Virus record (IMG/VR): IMGVR_UViG_3300010214_000044
Location: 1 to 59,383 of that record
Source: a virus
Lineage: Duplodnaviria; Caudoviricetes
Length of the DNA stretch: 59,383 nucleotides
Reading direction: 5' to 3' (one strand)
Every line of letters begins with the position of its first letter. Position 1 is the first letter of the stretch. This document shows positions 10,101 through 18,056 of the stretch, piece after piece. Both the position numbers and the translations under genes were made by a program. The notes below the pieces were generated by a model. It did not search any database, was not told the origin of the DNA, and saw only the letters and a program-made list of their open reading frames with translations.

Positions 10101-11367
10101 CAGCCAGTTGCCCGCTAGCGATCTGACCTGTCAGGTCGACGGCCTCCACCGCTGTCGTGTACTTCGTGCCGTCCCAGCGGTACAGCTTACCGTTGACGGT
10201 GATGGCGTTGGTGGATTTTGTCGTTGGCACCACGGTGCCTGCCACGTTGGTGATAGGTTCGATACCGGAAGCAAACTTCGTGGCATCGACGGCCGCAGCC
10301 GCGATCTTGTCGGCAGTCACAGCACCAGTCGCCAGCTTCCCCGCCTCGACGGCTCCGGCCGCGATCTTGTTCACCGTGACAGCGTTATCCGCAAGTTCTG
10401 CGCTAGATACCTCGGCCGTGTACTTGCTGCCATCCCAGCGGTAGAGCTTGCCCTGCCAGGTGATCACCGTGGTGGTCTTCACCGTCGGCAGGCTGGCCGC
10501 TGCGCTGTTGGTCACCGGCTCGATGCCCGAGGCAAACTTGGTCGCATCAATCGCGCCGGCCGCGATCTGGCTGGCAATGATGGTGCCCGTCAGGTCCACG
10601 GTCGGCACGGATGCCGTGTACTTGCTACCATCCCAGCGGTACAGCTTGCCCTGCCAGACAATAGTGCTGGTGCTCTTGACCGTGGGCAGCGTGCCCGCCG
10701 TGCTCACCGAGACCGGCTCAATGCCCGCCGCGAACTTGGTCGCATCCACGGCCTGCGCCGCAAGCTTGGTTGCGCTCACCGAGCCGTTGGCCAGGTTGCC
10801 GGCCTCCACAATCAGCGGCCCCAGGTCGTTGTTGCCAATCTTGCCCGTCTGCACATCCAGACCATTGGTGCCTCCAGCGGGCGATACCGACTGCACGCCA
10901 TCCTGGGACTGCCATTTGATCCACAGTCGATAGCGCGTCCCCAGCGCCGCAGGATAGGCACCGATGGTGCCCTGGAACTGGAACAGCACCACGGCCTGGT
11001 CAAACGTCGGCGCGGTGCTGCCCGTCTGCAGCACGCCATAGACCACCGTCCGGTCGTGGCCGTGCCCCTGGGTGTATGCGGGCGCATCGTGCTCCACAAA
11101 CACCGTGCTCAGGCCGGCCGACACTGCAAACCCCGTGGGCATCGGTGGTGGTGTCAGGTCCGGCTCGGTGTCGCCGCCGCCCGGCACACCGGGCACCAGG
11201 CCACCGCCTGCGCCCGGCTTGGCAATCCCTGAATCAATCAAATCCTTGGCCGTCAGGGCACGACCATTGCCGCCCCGCCCCATCAGCACGCGCAGCTCCT
11301 CGGTCACGCGCTGGCTCCAGTTCGGCGCGTTGGTACCGGGCAAATCCTTGCGGGGAGTCGTTGCCAT
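4159..11367 (-). CDS. Giant modular tail fibre / host-specificity protein (2402 aa)
   Basis: Five KLYRW repeats, 10-residue ITAxKIAAxA repeats, seven globular beta-rich inserts, gpJ-like GWSINANGQAEF segment near the C-terminus. Confidence 0.85.
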   Translation of the reverse strand: MATTPRKDLPGTNAPNWSQRVTEELRVLMGRGGNGRALTAKDLIDSGIAKPGAGGGLVPGVPGGGDTEPDLTPPPMPTGFAVSAGLSTVFVEHDAPAYTQGHGHDRTVVYGVLQTGSTAPTFDQAVVLFQFQGTIGAYPAALGTRYRLWIKWQSQDGVQSVSPAGGTNGLDVQTGKIGNNDLGPLIVEAGNLANGSVSATKLAAQAVDATKFAAGIEPVSVSTAGTLPTVKSTSTIVWQGKLYRWDGSKYTASVPTVDLTGTIIASQIAAGAIDATKFASGIEPVTNSAAASLPTVKTTTVITWQGKLYRWDGSKYTAEVSSAELADNAVTVNKIAAGAVEAGKLATGAVTADKIAAAAVDATKFASGIEPITNVAGTVVPTTKSTNAITVNGKLYRWDGTKYTTAVEAVDLTGQIASGQLADNAVTTAKIASGAVDTAKFAAGIQPVTVSTAGALPTAKTTETLVWQGKLYRWSGTAYTAAVATTDLTGQIIAGQIAAGAVDATKFASGIEPVTNATGGSLPTTKSTTVITWNGKLYRWDGTKYTAEVVVGDMVGQITATQIADNAISAPKIAANAVVAGKIAANAVTAGTVAANAITAGTIAAGAVNARELAANAVTAEKMVVGSATNLLADGSLFNDGIGWQATIGGTAEYVSVTDGPGGVAAKVMRITSTSTNCRTYNTEWALDGSSNGIRQIAPGTAFRVKVKLRKVSGTAGLARLELLRTGPGQAIQYVQPGNMTIASATVGEWVEYSAVITQAAGYTAMAARVQLSASGPVVEFTEMSILPMAAGELIVDGSITASKVVLADTTNFVPDSDFRDINAWSVGAIQNFSFEAGEAADNAQRVATYTTALRTGASNAYVGEFVQQPRLPMEAGRQVFFSLRIRDYVGAEGRVDIGIATTKANGTTYSNVAASRVLGTANGYAILSGTYTVAADDVAIGWRVRWQYSAAGRFVGPFKIMNPVLRVMGQAELIVDGAITAGKIAVGAVTAGTVAANAISADNLQASAVTAGKIAAGAVSADQIAANAITASKIAIGDFTNLVPDSNMEDPAAWEIYTGWVFEPLSSAGFISSGALSYTAGTGTGTARTRMFSVEEGSQYFVSFQATGPRNYCRVYFYDAAKVSLGYASLSTTSLAPSITATALPGAKFANVVIGPLSTASAKIGGFVARKLMGGELIVDGAVTATKIAAKSITAAQLAVGAVTANELAASAVTAGKIAANAITADNLQANSVTTAKIATGAVSANEIAAGAITAAKLAITSTDAVNLDPFFQDADMWANANFTRKVVAGAPGPFVLSAAIATSMQVPATYKTPIDQSKTYLFETWFIALSAQTNRCFASIRFYDVNGALLTGSDAANPGTGWPGTNAASGNFYFPAVGAVTPTTWTRTALVVGPDGAAKFPPKAAYFTAGVYLNYGSAAPIVESQWGGFRVTEMSRGELIVDGAITAAKIAAKTITAAEIAAGTITATELGANSVTANAIAANSVIAGKIAANAVTADSIAANSVTTAKIAAGAVSATELAAGSVLASKLLVADTTNVYGDFDCVDLGYCTAVSGSFSYTSSGVGINGKNIVNIAPSASYSEVVSSWFSVDASAEYLLTQRISTSVTDTVGLAGSYIEFGTYSGSGSTVASRRVLVGQSSTTSSVGFNLSVTTAAAERYARMVYTREAGGTARAYLGAPIIRRKSGGNLIVDGAITASKMVLADTSNAYPDFDIQDDAGYSSASSFSFTSASSSYGSRRVVWIQAPAAASGDATVWAYANMGFQLEANSQYFVSMQTARQAASAATLQIVTRLGVKTTNTAVTWDAEVVQNSDAAASASPYKTFTISTGARTRMTIGMRLLAGAATGGYFGSITVRKMNGGSLIVDGAITADKIAANAVTADKIEANAITAAKIAVGAVGADQIAANAITVKQLTVMDYSNIVLDPFIQDTTSWATFTGTQVTAATSGVPVNMPGPAGILLSKATAQSVLTRNFQTSPGEVYYLSAYVASPTTTGYAIRLMMQFIDPTGAQGDASGTHVGWAAAITLTAPAAVNTWQKIEGFVTVPAGVAFGRARIVSETGSAVAGSWYATNFVCRRATSASLIVDGAITATKIAAGAIAVGSAAIQDGAIVNAMIGNAAIDNAKIANVSAAKLTAGTLAVGSYINSSNYVGGSTGWSINANGQAEFSQVTVRGTIYSTAGTIGGITINSAGLNSGGFWGYAWPPAGQSGLHIGPNGILLGNANNGRYIEIQSSGNIYAPGFSIVNGSATFSGNLSGASGTFSGNLSGASGSFSGTLTAENVVTTGNLQLNSAATPLFAQSGSTSASLWTPAFDGSMTCVVHYGGSFNFANMRSDPVYLTLYVDGGAAQSVVIGSLNNPGCGSFAFSFSGNGGGRSIEVRMTAGYTPTGSVYLQATIHKR
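9715..10770 (-). repeat. Five intragenic repeats of about 65-85 aa (DATKFASGIEPV...GKLYRWDGxKYTA)
   Basis: Visible in protein and DNA (cccagcggtacagcttgcc-like copies). Confidence 0.9.
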
Positions 11368-13052
11368 TAGCGCAGCTCCTCCACGGCCTGGGCCAGGGCT
11401 ACGCCCTGCACTGCCTGCTGGCCCGACAGATCGATCTGCCAGGCCCGCGCAGGAATGGGCGGCAGGCGAAACGCTTCGGGCCCGGGCGCAGACAGCGTGA
11501 ACTGCACCCCGCTGCTATTGCCCGAGCTCACCGCCACACAGCGCGGGCCGAAGGTTGCGATATGCGCAGCCACCTCGCGCGCACTCAGCTCCAGGGCATT
11601 GAGCTTGATCGTCACCGGGTAGCCGTCTGCCACCACCTTGCACCAGGCAAAGCTCGCCGGCGCCGGCATGGCAAACACCTTGGACACAAAGCGCGCGCTC
11701 ATCAGCGCCGCGCCCGCATCCCATTTGCGCACCTTGGTGCCGTCCAGCACGTAGAGAGCATCCTGCAACCGGTCCAGGTACAGCGCGTCGTAGCCTTTTT
11801 CCAGGTAGAAGATGCCCGCGGGATTGATCGGGTCCACCAGAAAGCCGCGCCGCGCGCCGCCCGCGTCGGTGTAGAAGCCCAGAAACAGGCCTTCATACAG
11901 ACCTGCTACCATGCCCGCCGGGTTCATGGCCTGCCAGTCATCGCGCGTCAGCAGCCCGTTCGTGATCAGCTTGGCTCCGCCTGCTCCGTAGTAGGCCAGT
12001 CCGTCCGGTGCCGGCCAGGCCACACCATGGCCAAAGCTCACCACCGCCTGCGGTGCCAGGCAGGCCTGCCCCACCTCCAGCGGCTGCTCGTCCAGGCTGT
12101 CCGGCGAAGTGCCGGCCACCAATACCGGGTCGGCCGTGGTCAGCACCAGCAGCCGCTGCCCGAAGGTAGCCAGCGCCAGCGGCTTCGCGTCCGGCGGCAA
12201 AGTCTCATAGGCCATGGGCCAGGCATAGGGCTTGTAGGCCTCGCAATAGCGCACGGCATTGCCGCTGATGCCCGCCATCATCCCGTTCCACATGGCCGTC
12301 AGATAGGACAGATCCTGGGGCGGCTCCAGCCACTCCACCGTCTCCAGCACCTCGCCCAGCGTGCGCCCGTCGTCTGTGGTGCTCGCCACGCCTGCGGCAA
12401 TTTCGCGCAGGAAGAAGAATTCAGCAGTCCCGGTCGTGCCGGTCTGTGTGCGGTAAATCCGCACCCGGTTGATGGTGAAGGCACCCGCCGGTGGCGCCTG
12501 AATGGCCGTGATATTGACCGTCGCGTCCGTCGGCACCGTCACTGCGGCCGATACTGGCCCGGGCGCGCTCTCCTCGCCCTTGTCCGTCACATAGGTGTAG
12601 ACGTAGTAACGCACCTCGGTGTCCGTGCTGCTGCCCCCTGCCGCCGCCACCGTGGGCGCGGAAAGGGGCGCGGGCACCCCCAGCTTGCGCCAGGCCGCCG
12701 GGTAGCTGCCGCCCGCCAGCGCAATCGTGTTGTCCGTCCATTTGGGGAAGCCATCCCCCGAGTAGTAGGTTCGCTCCGTCGTGTCATCGGCCACCATGCC
12801 ACGCACGGCATGCACAATGCCCGTCCAGGACATCCAGTAGCGGCCATCCTCGGCCACATCGCGGCCAAAGCGGTAAATGGTCTTGCGGGCGACCGGCACC
12901 GTCGCCACATCCAGCGGATCGCGCCAGGGCCGAAAGTCGCCGCGCCCCGGCTTCTGGTTCCACGAAACCGTGCCCACCGTCTCCGGCAGCAGCTTGGGGT
13001 GTGGCGCATTCACGGCGCCAGAGAAACCAGAAACCGTTACCTTCATCACCAC
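11367..13052 (-). CDS. Tail tubular/nozzle protein
   Basis: About 560 aa, beta-rich, between adaptor and fibre genes. Confidence 0.7.
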   Translation of the reverse strand: MVMKVTVSGFSGAVNAPHPKLLPETVGTVSWNQKPGRGDFRPWRDPLDVATVPVARKTIYRFGRDVAEDGRYWMSWTGIVHAVRGMVADDTTERTYYSGDGFPKWTDNTIALAGGSYPAAWRKLGVPAPLSAPTVAAAGGSSTDTEVRYYVYTYVTDKGEESAPGPVSAAVTVPTDATVNITAIQAPPAGAFTINRVRIYRTQTGTTGTAEFFFLREIAAGVASTTDDGRTLGEVLETVEWLEPPQDLSYLTAMWNGMMAGISGNAVRYCEAYKPYAWPMAYETLPPDAKPLALATFGQRLLVLTTADPVLVAGTSPDSLDEQPLEVGQACLAPQAVVSFGHGVAWPAPDGLAYYGAGGAKLITNGLLTRDDWQAMNPAGMVAGLYEGLFLGFYTDAGGARRGFLVDPINPAGIFYLEKGYDALYLDRLQDALYVLDGTKVRKWDAGAALMSARFVSKVFAMPAPASFAWCKVVADGYPVTIKLNALELSAREVAAHIATFGPRCVAVSSGNSSGVQFTLSAPGPEAFRLPPIPARAWQIDLSGQQAVQGVALAQAVEELR

Positions 13053-13055
13053 CCC

Positions 13056-13619
13056 TCAGAAATACGGGCGCACGCGCGGCCGCACCGCAGCCCGACCACG
13101 CCACACCTCGACATTGATGGTTTCGCAGCGTGTGTTGAAGTCGCCGCGCAGCACGGGATCACCGCGCAGGCGCGCCACGGCGCCGAGAGCAATCACTTCG
13201 CTGTATTGATCAAACACCGCGTCGTCGATGCCCATGGCTGCATCGCCGGGCTTGAGCGTCACATCCAGCACCAGGGCCAGATCAGCAGCTACAGGGCGGT
13301 GCAGCACCACCCTGCGTGTATCCGGCGTCATCAGGTACTGGCCTTCGCCCTGGCCCTGGCGCCACAGAACCAGGGATCCATGCCCCAACAGCTCTGCACC
13401 CTCCACCCGCACCAGAGTGGTCTGCTCGGGCAGCGGGATGGCGTATTCAGACTGACCGTCCACCGTGGTGATCGGCTCCAGCGTCATGCGCCAGGCGCGC
13501 GTGCGATGGCAGAAGTCCTGGGCCGCGCGGCGCAACTGGTGCACCACGGTCGGCTCAGGCGTGCCGAGTTCCACTGCCGGCAGCACGTCGGGGAAGAAGT
13601 CCGACCAATCGCGCATCAT
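13056..13619 (-). CDS. Head-tail adaptor-like protein
   Basis: Starts MMRDWSDFF, overlaps the upstream stop; LRRAAQDFCHRTRAW motif. Confidence 0.65.
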   Translation of the reverse strand: MMRDWSDFFPDVLPAVELGTPEPTVVHQLRRAAQDFCHRTRAWRMTLEPITTVDGQSEYAIPLPEQTTLVRVEGAELLGHGSLVLWRQGQGEGQYLMTPDTRRVVLHRPVAADLALVLDVTLKPGDAAMGIDDAVFDQYSEVIALGAVARLRGDPVLRGDFNTRCETINVEVWRGRAAVRPRVRPYF

Positions 13620-14332
13620 TGGCCCACCGGCACCGTCGCAGCGCTGCTGCCCTGGCGGAAGTTCGGATTGCCCACCGACACAGGGGCGGCCGACAGCGTG
13701 GCCTTCAGCTCGATGCCCAGCGCCGTCGCAAACGCCGCGTAATGCGCCTGGGCGCGCGCCGCATTGCCCGCATAGTCGGCATCCTTCAGATAGCCGCGGT
13801 ACAGCATGTAATCCAGCAGCGCGTTGGCGTAGATGTCCGCCACCGAGATATTGCCCACCACCGCCGTGTATTCGGAACCTGCGGCCGGCTCTGCAATATC
13901 CGTGGGCGTGGCCGAATAGTTGATCTCCAGCTTGGCCGTATTCGTCGCGGGCGGGTACACCCAGAAGGCCTTGGGCTCGCGCGGGTCGTACATGAAATGC
14001 ACGATTTCCGCCGCGCCGGCGATGTTGTGCCAGTTTGGCATCTGCGCATCCAGAATCTCGCGGCTGCAGATCCGCACGGCGCGCTTGCTGGTGACTGTGG
14101 AATTGCGCTGCACATCGATCAGCTTGGCTCCGTCGGCCGGCAGCGCCTGCTTGGTACCGGCCACGCAATCGATCACCGCGCTCTTGTTGAAAGCATCGGG
14201 GCGGTGCAGCATGATTTCACGCTGACCGTCGTTGAGGTAACGCACCCACTCGCCCACCGGCCAGCGGATCGAGGTGGTGTCCTGCGTGGTCACCACGCCG
14301 CGCTGAATCACATCCTTGGCTGCAATGGGCAT
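13616..14332 (-). CDS. Head-tail adaptor protein
   Basis: RWxxxEWVRYLNDGQREI and LLDYMLYRGYLKD motifs. Confidence 0.75.
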   Translation of the reverse strand: MPIAAKDVIQRGVVTTQDTTSIRWPVGEWVRYLNDGQREIMLHRPDAFNKSAVIDCVAGTKQALPADGAKLIDVQRNSTVTSKRAVRICSREILDAQMPNWHNIAGAAEIVHFMYDPREPKAFWVYPPATNTAKLEINYSATPTDIAEPAAGSEYTAVVGNISVADIYANALLDYMLYRGYLKDADYAGNAARAQAHYAAFATALGIELKATLSAAPVSVGNPNFRQGSSAATVPVGQ

Positions 14333-14335
14333 GGA

Positions 14336-14965
14336 TTACTCCTTGGAGCCAGCGCGCAGGGCGTCCGCCAGCAGGTCGCGCAGCTCGCCCACCTTCACGC
14401 TGTTGCCCTTGGGCAAGCTGATTTCGTTGGACTCGGCAAACGCGCGGATCTGAGCCGCTGTCCATTCGCTGATGTCGATGGTTTCGCCCGCTTCGTTGGC
14501 AAACACATAGGGCGACACGCTGGCGCCCTCATCCTTGTTGGTGCCGTTGCCCTCGTCGGAGGCCTGCTGCAAAGGCTTGTCGGCACCCTCGCCAGTGCCT
14601 GAATCGGCAGAGACAGAGGTGGACTCAGCGGCGGAGGCGGCAGCTGCTTGGTTCAGCTCCTGTACCTGGCGCTTCAGGGCTTCAATCTGGCTGGTTTGGT
14701 CGGCCACCACCTTCTGCAGCTCTTCAGCGTCAGCAGGAACGGTTGCGCCAATGCTGGCTGTCAGCTGCTGGGCGACAGTGCCGCCCTGTTCGACAGGCTC
14801 ATACAAACGATAGGCCTCGGTGATGGACAGCAGTCGCGCGGCGGCTTTTTCGTGCTGCACCTCGGCCACCACGTCCTTCTTGTCGTTGGGCTTGAACTGA
14901 ATGGATTGGCCGTAGAGCTCCACGGTCGTGGGAGCTGTGCGGCGGTATGCGTGGATGGCGGTCAT
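14336..14965 (-). CDS. Hypothetical protein with a C-terminal HeH/Rho-N-like helical motif
   Basis: AAGGAG RBS; WTAAQIRAFAESNEISLP...ELRDLL. Confidence 0.65.
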   Translation of the reverse strand: MTAIHAYRRTAPTTVELYGQSIQFKPNDKKDVVAEVQHEKAAARLLSITEAYRLYEPVEQGGTVAQQLTASIGATVPADAEELQKVVADQTSQIEALKRQVQELNQAAAASAAESTSVSADSGTGEGADKPLQQASDEGNGTNKDEGASVSPYVFANEAGETIDISEWTAAQIRAFAESNEISLPKGNSVKVGELRDLLADALRAGSKE

Positions 14966-15050
14966 GTGGCACTCCTTGCCTGTTCAATAAAGAAAGGGCC
15001 GCGCGCACGGCGCAGCCCCTTTACACACTCATTGCCTGGGGCTGCGCGGC

Positions 15051-15500
15051 TCAATAACGCATGCGGACCAGTGCCAGCACTTGCTTGCCGGCGGTGGCAG
15101 AAGTCGCGGCCGCTGTGGTCACCTTCAGACCCAGCTTGCGAATGCCGTCGCGGTTGGTAAAAGCCAGCGCAGCGGAATTGGCGGTGGCAACGGAGCCGGT
15201 AGCGCCTACGCCTGGCTTGAGGCCGGTGTCGTAGACCGTGGCCAGGTCAGTTCCGGCGGCATTGATCACGCCCAGGGAGAACGCGAGCGTGGGGGCCGCG
15301 TTGCTGTCCAGTTGGGGCGCCACCACGTCCACCGCCACCAATTGCACTTTGGGGGGAATGTCCAGCAGCTCCAGCAGATCGTTGGCCGCCAGAGCAACGC
15401 TCGGCAGGGTCAGGTCAACGGCCACCGTCAGCACGCTGGCGTCAAAGGGTTGCGGCACAGCCTTCTTGCCGGTCGCAACATCGGATTGATATTTGGGCAT
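15051..15500 (-). CDS. Capsid decoration/minor virion protein
   Basis: 149 aa, beta-rich, directly after the major capsid gene, AGGAG RBS. Confidence 0.65.
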   Translation of the reverse strand: MPKYQSDVATGKKAVPQPFDASVLTVAVDLTLPSVALAANDLLELLDIPPKVQLVAVDVVAPQLDSNAAPTLAFSLGVINAAGTDLATVYDTGLKPGVGATGSVATANSAALAFTNRDGIRKLGLKVTTAAATSATAGKQVLALVRMRY

Positions 15501-15570
15501 TTGAAGCTCCTATGTCTGATGAGGGAAAGGGCTGGTGAAGCCACGGCCCACGGCGCGGGCCGCGGGCTCA

Positions 15571-16695
15571 TCAGGCATTGGGGTCGGTGCTGGCGGTGTC
15601 CAGGGCCATCACGCCAAAGTCGCGCTGGACGTTGCCGTCCTTGGACTTGTAGGTGGCCTTCTTCACGCCCATGATCGCGTGGGTACCGATGGCAACGCTG
15701 TTTTCGTGGTCCTTTTGAACCTCTGTCCAGCGGAAGCGCGTGCCGGTCTCGTTGTCGCCGTATGCGATCAGCGCGGCCTGTGCACCCAGGAACAGCGCGC
15801 GGGCGGCGTTCACATTGGAGCCAGCGCCGTAGTCGTTGAAGCGGATCACGTTGCGGTGCTTGTGCAGCACCACATCGTTGTACATGCCCAGCGTGCCCTG
15901 GAAGATGGGGTTCTTGTTGCCCTCGGCCGCAGCGGCTGCCTTCTGGATGTCCAGCCAGCCACCGGTGCCCGCGTCCTGGCGCATCGCGTCGGCCTGGTAG
16001 GTGTGCATCAGGCAGATGTAGTGACTGCCGCCTTCGATGGAGACGGGAATCATCGACAGCTCGTCGGTACCGTCGCCGCCCATGGTTTCAGCCTTTGCCA
16101 CGGCCTTGTCGATCAGGCGCAGCTTGAAGGTATCGCCAGCGGTCAGCGAAGCCTTGGACGTGGCCGCGCCGCCGAACAGAATATGCTGGCTATCGGGCGC
16201 CGTCAGCGGGTTGATGTCGAAGAATGGATTGTTGGCCGACCAGACAAAGCCCGAACCATGGCCGCGCGAGCCGGACAGGTAGATGAAGTACAGCTCATCC
16301 TGCAGGCGCTTCCACCAGTCAGTGGCCGCGCGCTTGGCATCGCTGCGCAGGTCGCGCAGCGTGCGCTTCTTGGTCATGCGCGAGCCCAGATCCGCGCCGC
16401 CGCGCACCTGGTCGATGCGCAGACGGTCGGTGTAATACTTGAGTGGCGCTTCCTTGCCTTCCAGGGTTTCGTCACCGATGACGGGCTCCTGGTTGATGGG
16501 CATCAGCAGGTCAACGGTTACTTCGTCACCGGCACCTTGCTGAAGATCATCGATTCGCTGGATGGGCAGACGCGAATCCTTGCCATTGCCCACGAACTTA
16601 CGAGACCAATAGCTTTCCTTGTTGATGGCCACGGCCATCAGAGAGGCCCACTTCTTGACGGCTTGCGGGTCGTTAACGCCGATCAAAGTACGCAT
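15571..16695 (-). CDS. Major capsid protein, N4-gp56 family
   Basis: AVKKWA, PIQRIDDLQQGAGD and ARALFLGAQA motifs; start MRTLIG with AGGAG RBS. Confidence 0.9.
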   Translation of the reverse strand: MRTLIGVNDPQAVKKWASLMAVAINKESYWSRKFVGNGKDSRLPIQRIDDLQQGAGDEVTVDLLMPINQEPVIGDETLEGKEAPLKYYTDRLRIDQVRGGADLGSRMTKKRTLRDLRSDAKRAATDWWKRLQDELYFIYLSGSRGHGSGFVWSANNPFFDINPLTAPDSQHILFGGAATSKASLTAGDTFKLRLIDKAVAKAETMGGDGTDELSMIPVSIEGGSHYICLMHTYQADAMRQDAGTGGWLDIQKAAAAAEGNKNPIFQGTLGMYNDVVLHKHRNVIRFNDYGAGSNVNAARALFLGAQAALIAYGDNETGTRFRWTEVQKDHENSVAIGTHAIMGVKKATYKSKDGNVQRDFGVMALDTASTDPNA

Positions 16696-16838
16696 AACGC
16701 AACTCCTGCCCTTGCGAGCACTGAGCGCGTCTTGCGCTTGAACCGGGCAACTGCCCCCGGCGGCAATCTGCTGCATGAAGATGGCGCCAGCAAAGGCGCC
16801 GCAGCTAGGAAAAAAGAATAATCCTGAATTCCAGGAAA

Positions 16839-17063
16839 TCAAGTACCCATGGGGGCGTGGCGCCGCGCATGCAGGGTCTTGTGACCCCGGGGCTCGTCAC
16901 CCCGTGCATGCGTGGGCTTATCCACCACCACGTCGTCCTCCAGATGCAGGCTCAACTCAGCGCGTTGGCCCGTGCGTTGGCGCAGCGTAACCACCACGCG
17001 GCCGCCGTCGAAAGACAGGCTCTCGCCCGCCTTGATCTGTCGTATGAGTCTGCGTCCGGACAT
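16839..17063 (-). CDS. CsrA-like small protein
   Basis: LIRQIKAGESLSFDGGRVVVTL..TGQRAELSL follows the CsrA beta pattern (GExL, VxVT, G). Confidence 0.55.
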   Translation of the reverse strand: MSGRRLIRQIKAGESLSFDGGRVVVTLRQRTGQRAELSLHLEDDVVVDKPTHARGDEPRGHKTLHARRHAPMGT

Positions 17064-18046
17064 CAGGCCCCCAGGTAGCGTTCTTGTTGATCGGGCGTCA
17101 TGCGCGCCAGGGCTTTTTCCAGGGCAGTGCCCTCGAGGCCATCCAGGTGAGCGAACTCGCTGCCCACCGCGGCGTCGGCTGCAGCTGGAACCCCGGCCAG
17201 CGTGGGCGGCAGTGTCGAGCGGTCAGCAGCGGCCGGCTTGCGTGTGGCCGGTGCGGCTGGTGCTGCCGCGGGTGCAGAACCAGGCGCAGCAGCAGCGGGA
17301 GCCGCGGCCGAGGCCTTGCCAAATCGGCGCAGCATCAGTGCTTGGGCTTCGGCCAGCGCGTCGCGCGAGGCGGCCATATTGCCTGCGGCATCGGTCAGGC
17401 CGCGGTCAATTGCGTCCTGAGCAAACAGGCGGATAGCTCGGTCGAACTGCGCGCCCGCCTCGCCCGACAGGTCGATGCCAGCGGCCTTCAGTTCCTTCTG
17501 CGCCGCGCCCAGATGCTGCCCATACTCCTGCATCATGGCGTCCTGCTGCATCTGGGAGCGCGCCATGTCCACCGCCGCCGCGCGCGCTAGGTCGTCCAGC
17601 TTGTCCTGCACGCGGGACTCGACCTCTTGATAGGCTTCCTGGTCAATCTCGCCATCCAGCAGTTGCTGCAGGGCGGTGGCCTTTTCGGCGCGCAGGGTCT
17701 TGCGCTGCTCATCCGCATCGGCAGGAGACACGGGCTGCATCGCTGCAGGGGCTGGTGCATCCGCGTCATCGTCAGCCGCGCCTGCTTCGCTGGCGGCAGG
17801 GGCCACGCCGGCAGCCGTGTCATCGGCGCCAGTGGCAGCACCTTCTGCAGGCTTGTTGGCTGCTGCCGCTGCCGCTGCCGCGCTCTCGTCATCATCATCA
17901 TGATCAGCAGCAGCAGAGGCCGCGCCGGCTTCACCAGACTCGCCCGCAGGGGCCTGCAGATCCTGGTCGTCTTCTGCCAGGTCGCGCAGTGCTTCGCGCT
18001 CTGCTTCGCTCAGTCCGGCAAGGTCTTCTTCGCTAAACATGGACAT
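17063..18046 (-). CDS. Scaffolding protein
   Basis: Acidic and helical, between portal and capsid; C-terminal LEKALARMTPDQQERYL. Confidence 0.75.
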   Translation of the reverse strand: MSMFSEEDLAGLSEAEREALRDLAEDDQDLQAPAGESGEAGAASAAADHDDDDESAAAAAAAANKPAEGAATGADDTAAGVAPAASEAGAADDDADAPAPAAMQPVSPADADEQRKTLRAEKATALQQLLDGEIDQEAYQEVESRVQDKLDDLARAAAVDMARSQMQQDAMMQEYGQHLGAAQKELKAAGIDLSGEAGAQFDRAIRLFAQDAIDRGLTDAAGNMAASRDALAEAQALMLRRFGKASAAAPAAAAPGSAPAAAPAAPATRKPAAADRSTLPPTLAGVPAAADAAVGSEFAHLDGLEGTALEKALARMTPDQQERYLGA

Positions 18047-18056
18047 GGTGGCTCCT

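Noticed and set aside
11076-13742. Long plus-strand ORFs (888 aa here; also 7366..9309, 18366..20333, 20887..22374, 29700..31205)
   Set aside because: Antisense shadows of GC-rich genes; Arg/His-rich, with no motifs or RBS
13620-14168. 5' extension of ORF 13056..14168
   Set aside because: Overlaps the adaptor gene in another frame; the likely start is 13619 or 13616
16696-16842. N-terminal extension of the capsid ORF in the ORF track
   Set aside because: Better RBS at 16695; the extension covers hairpin-rich leader sequence
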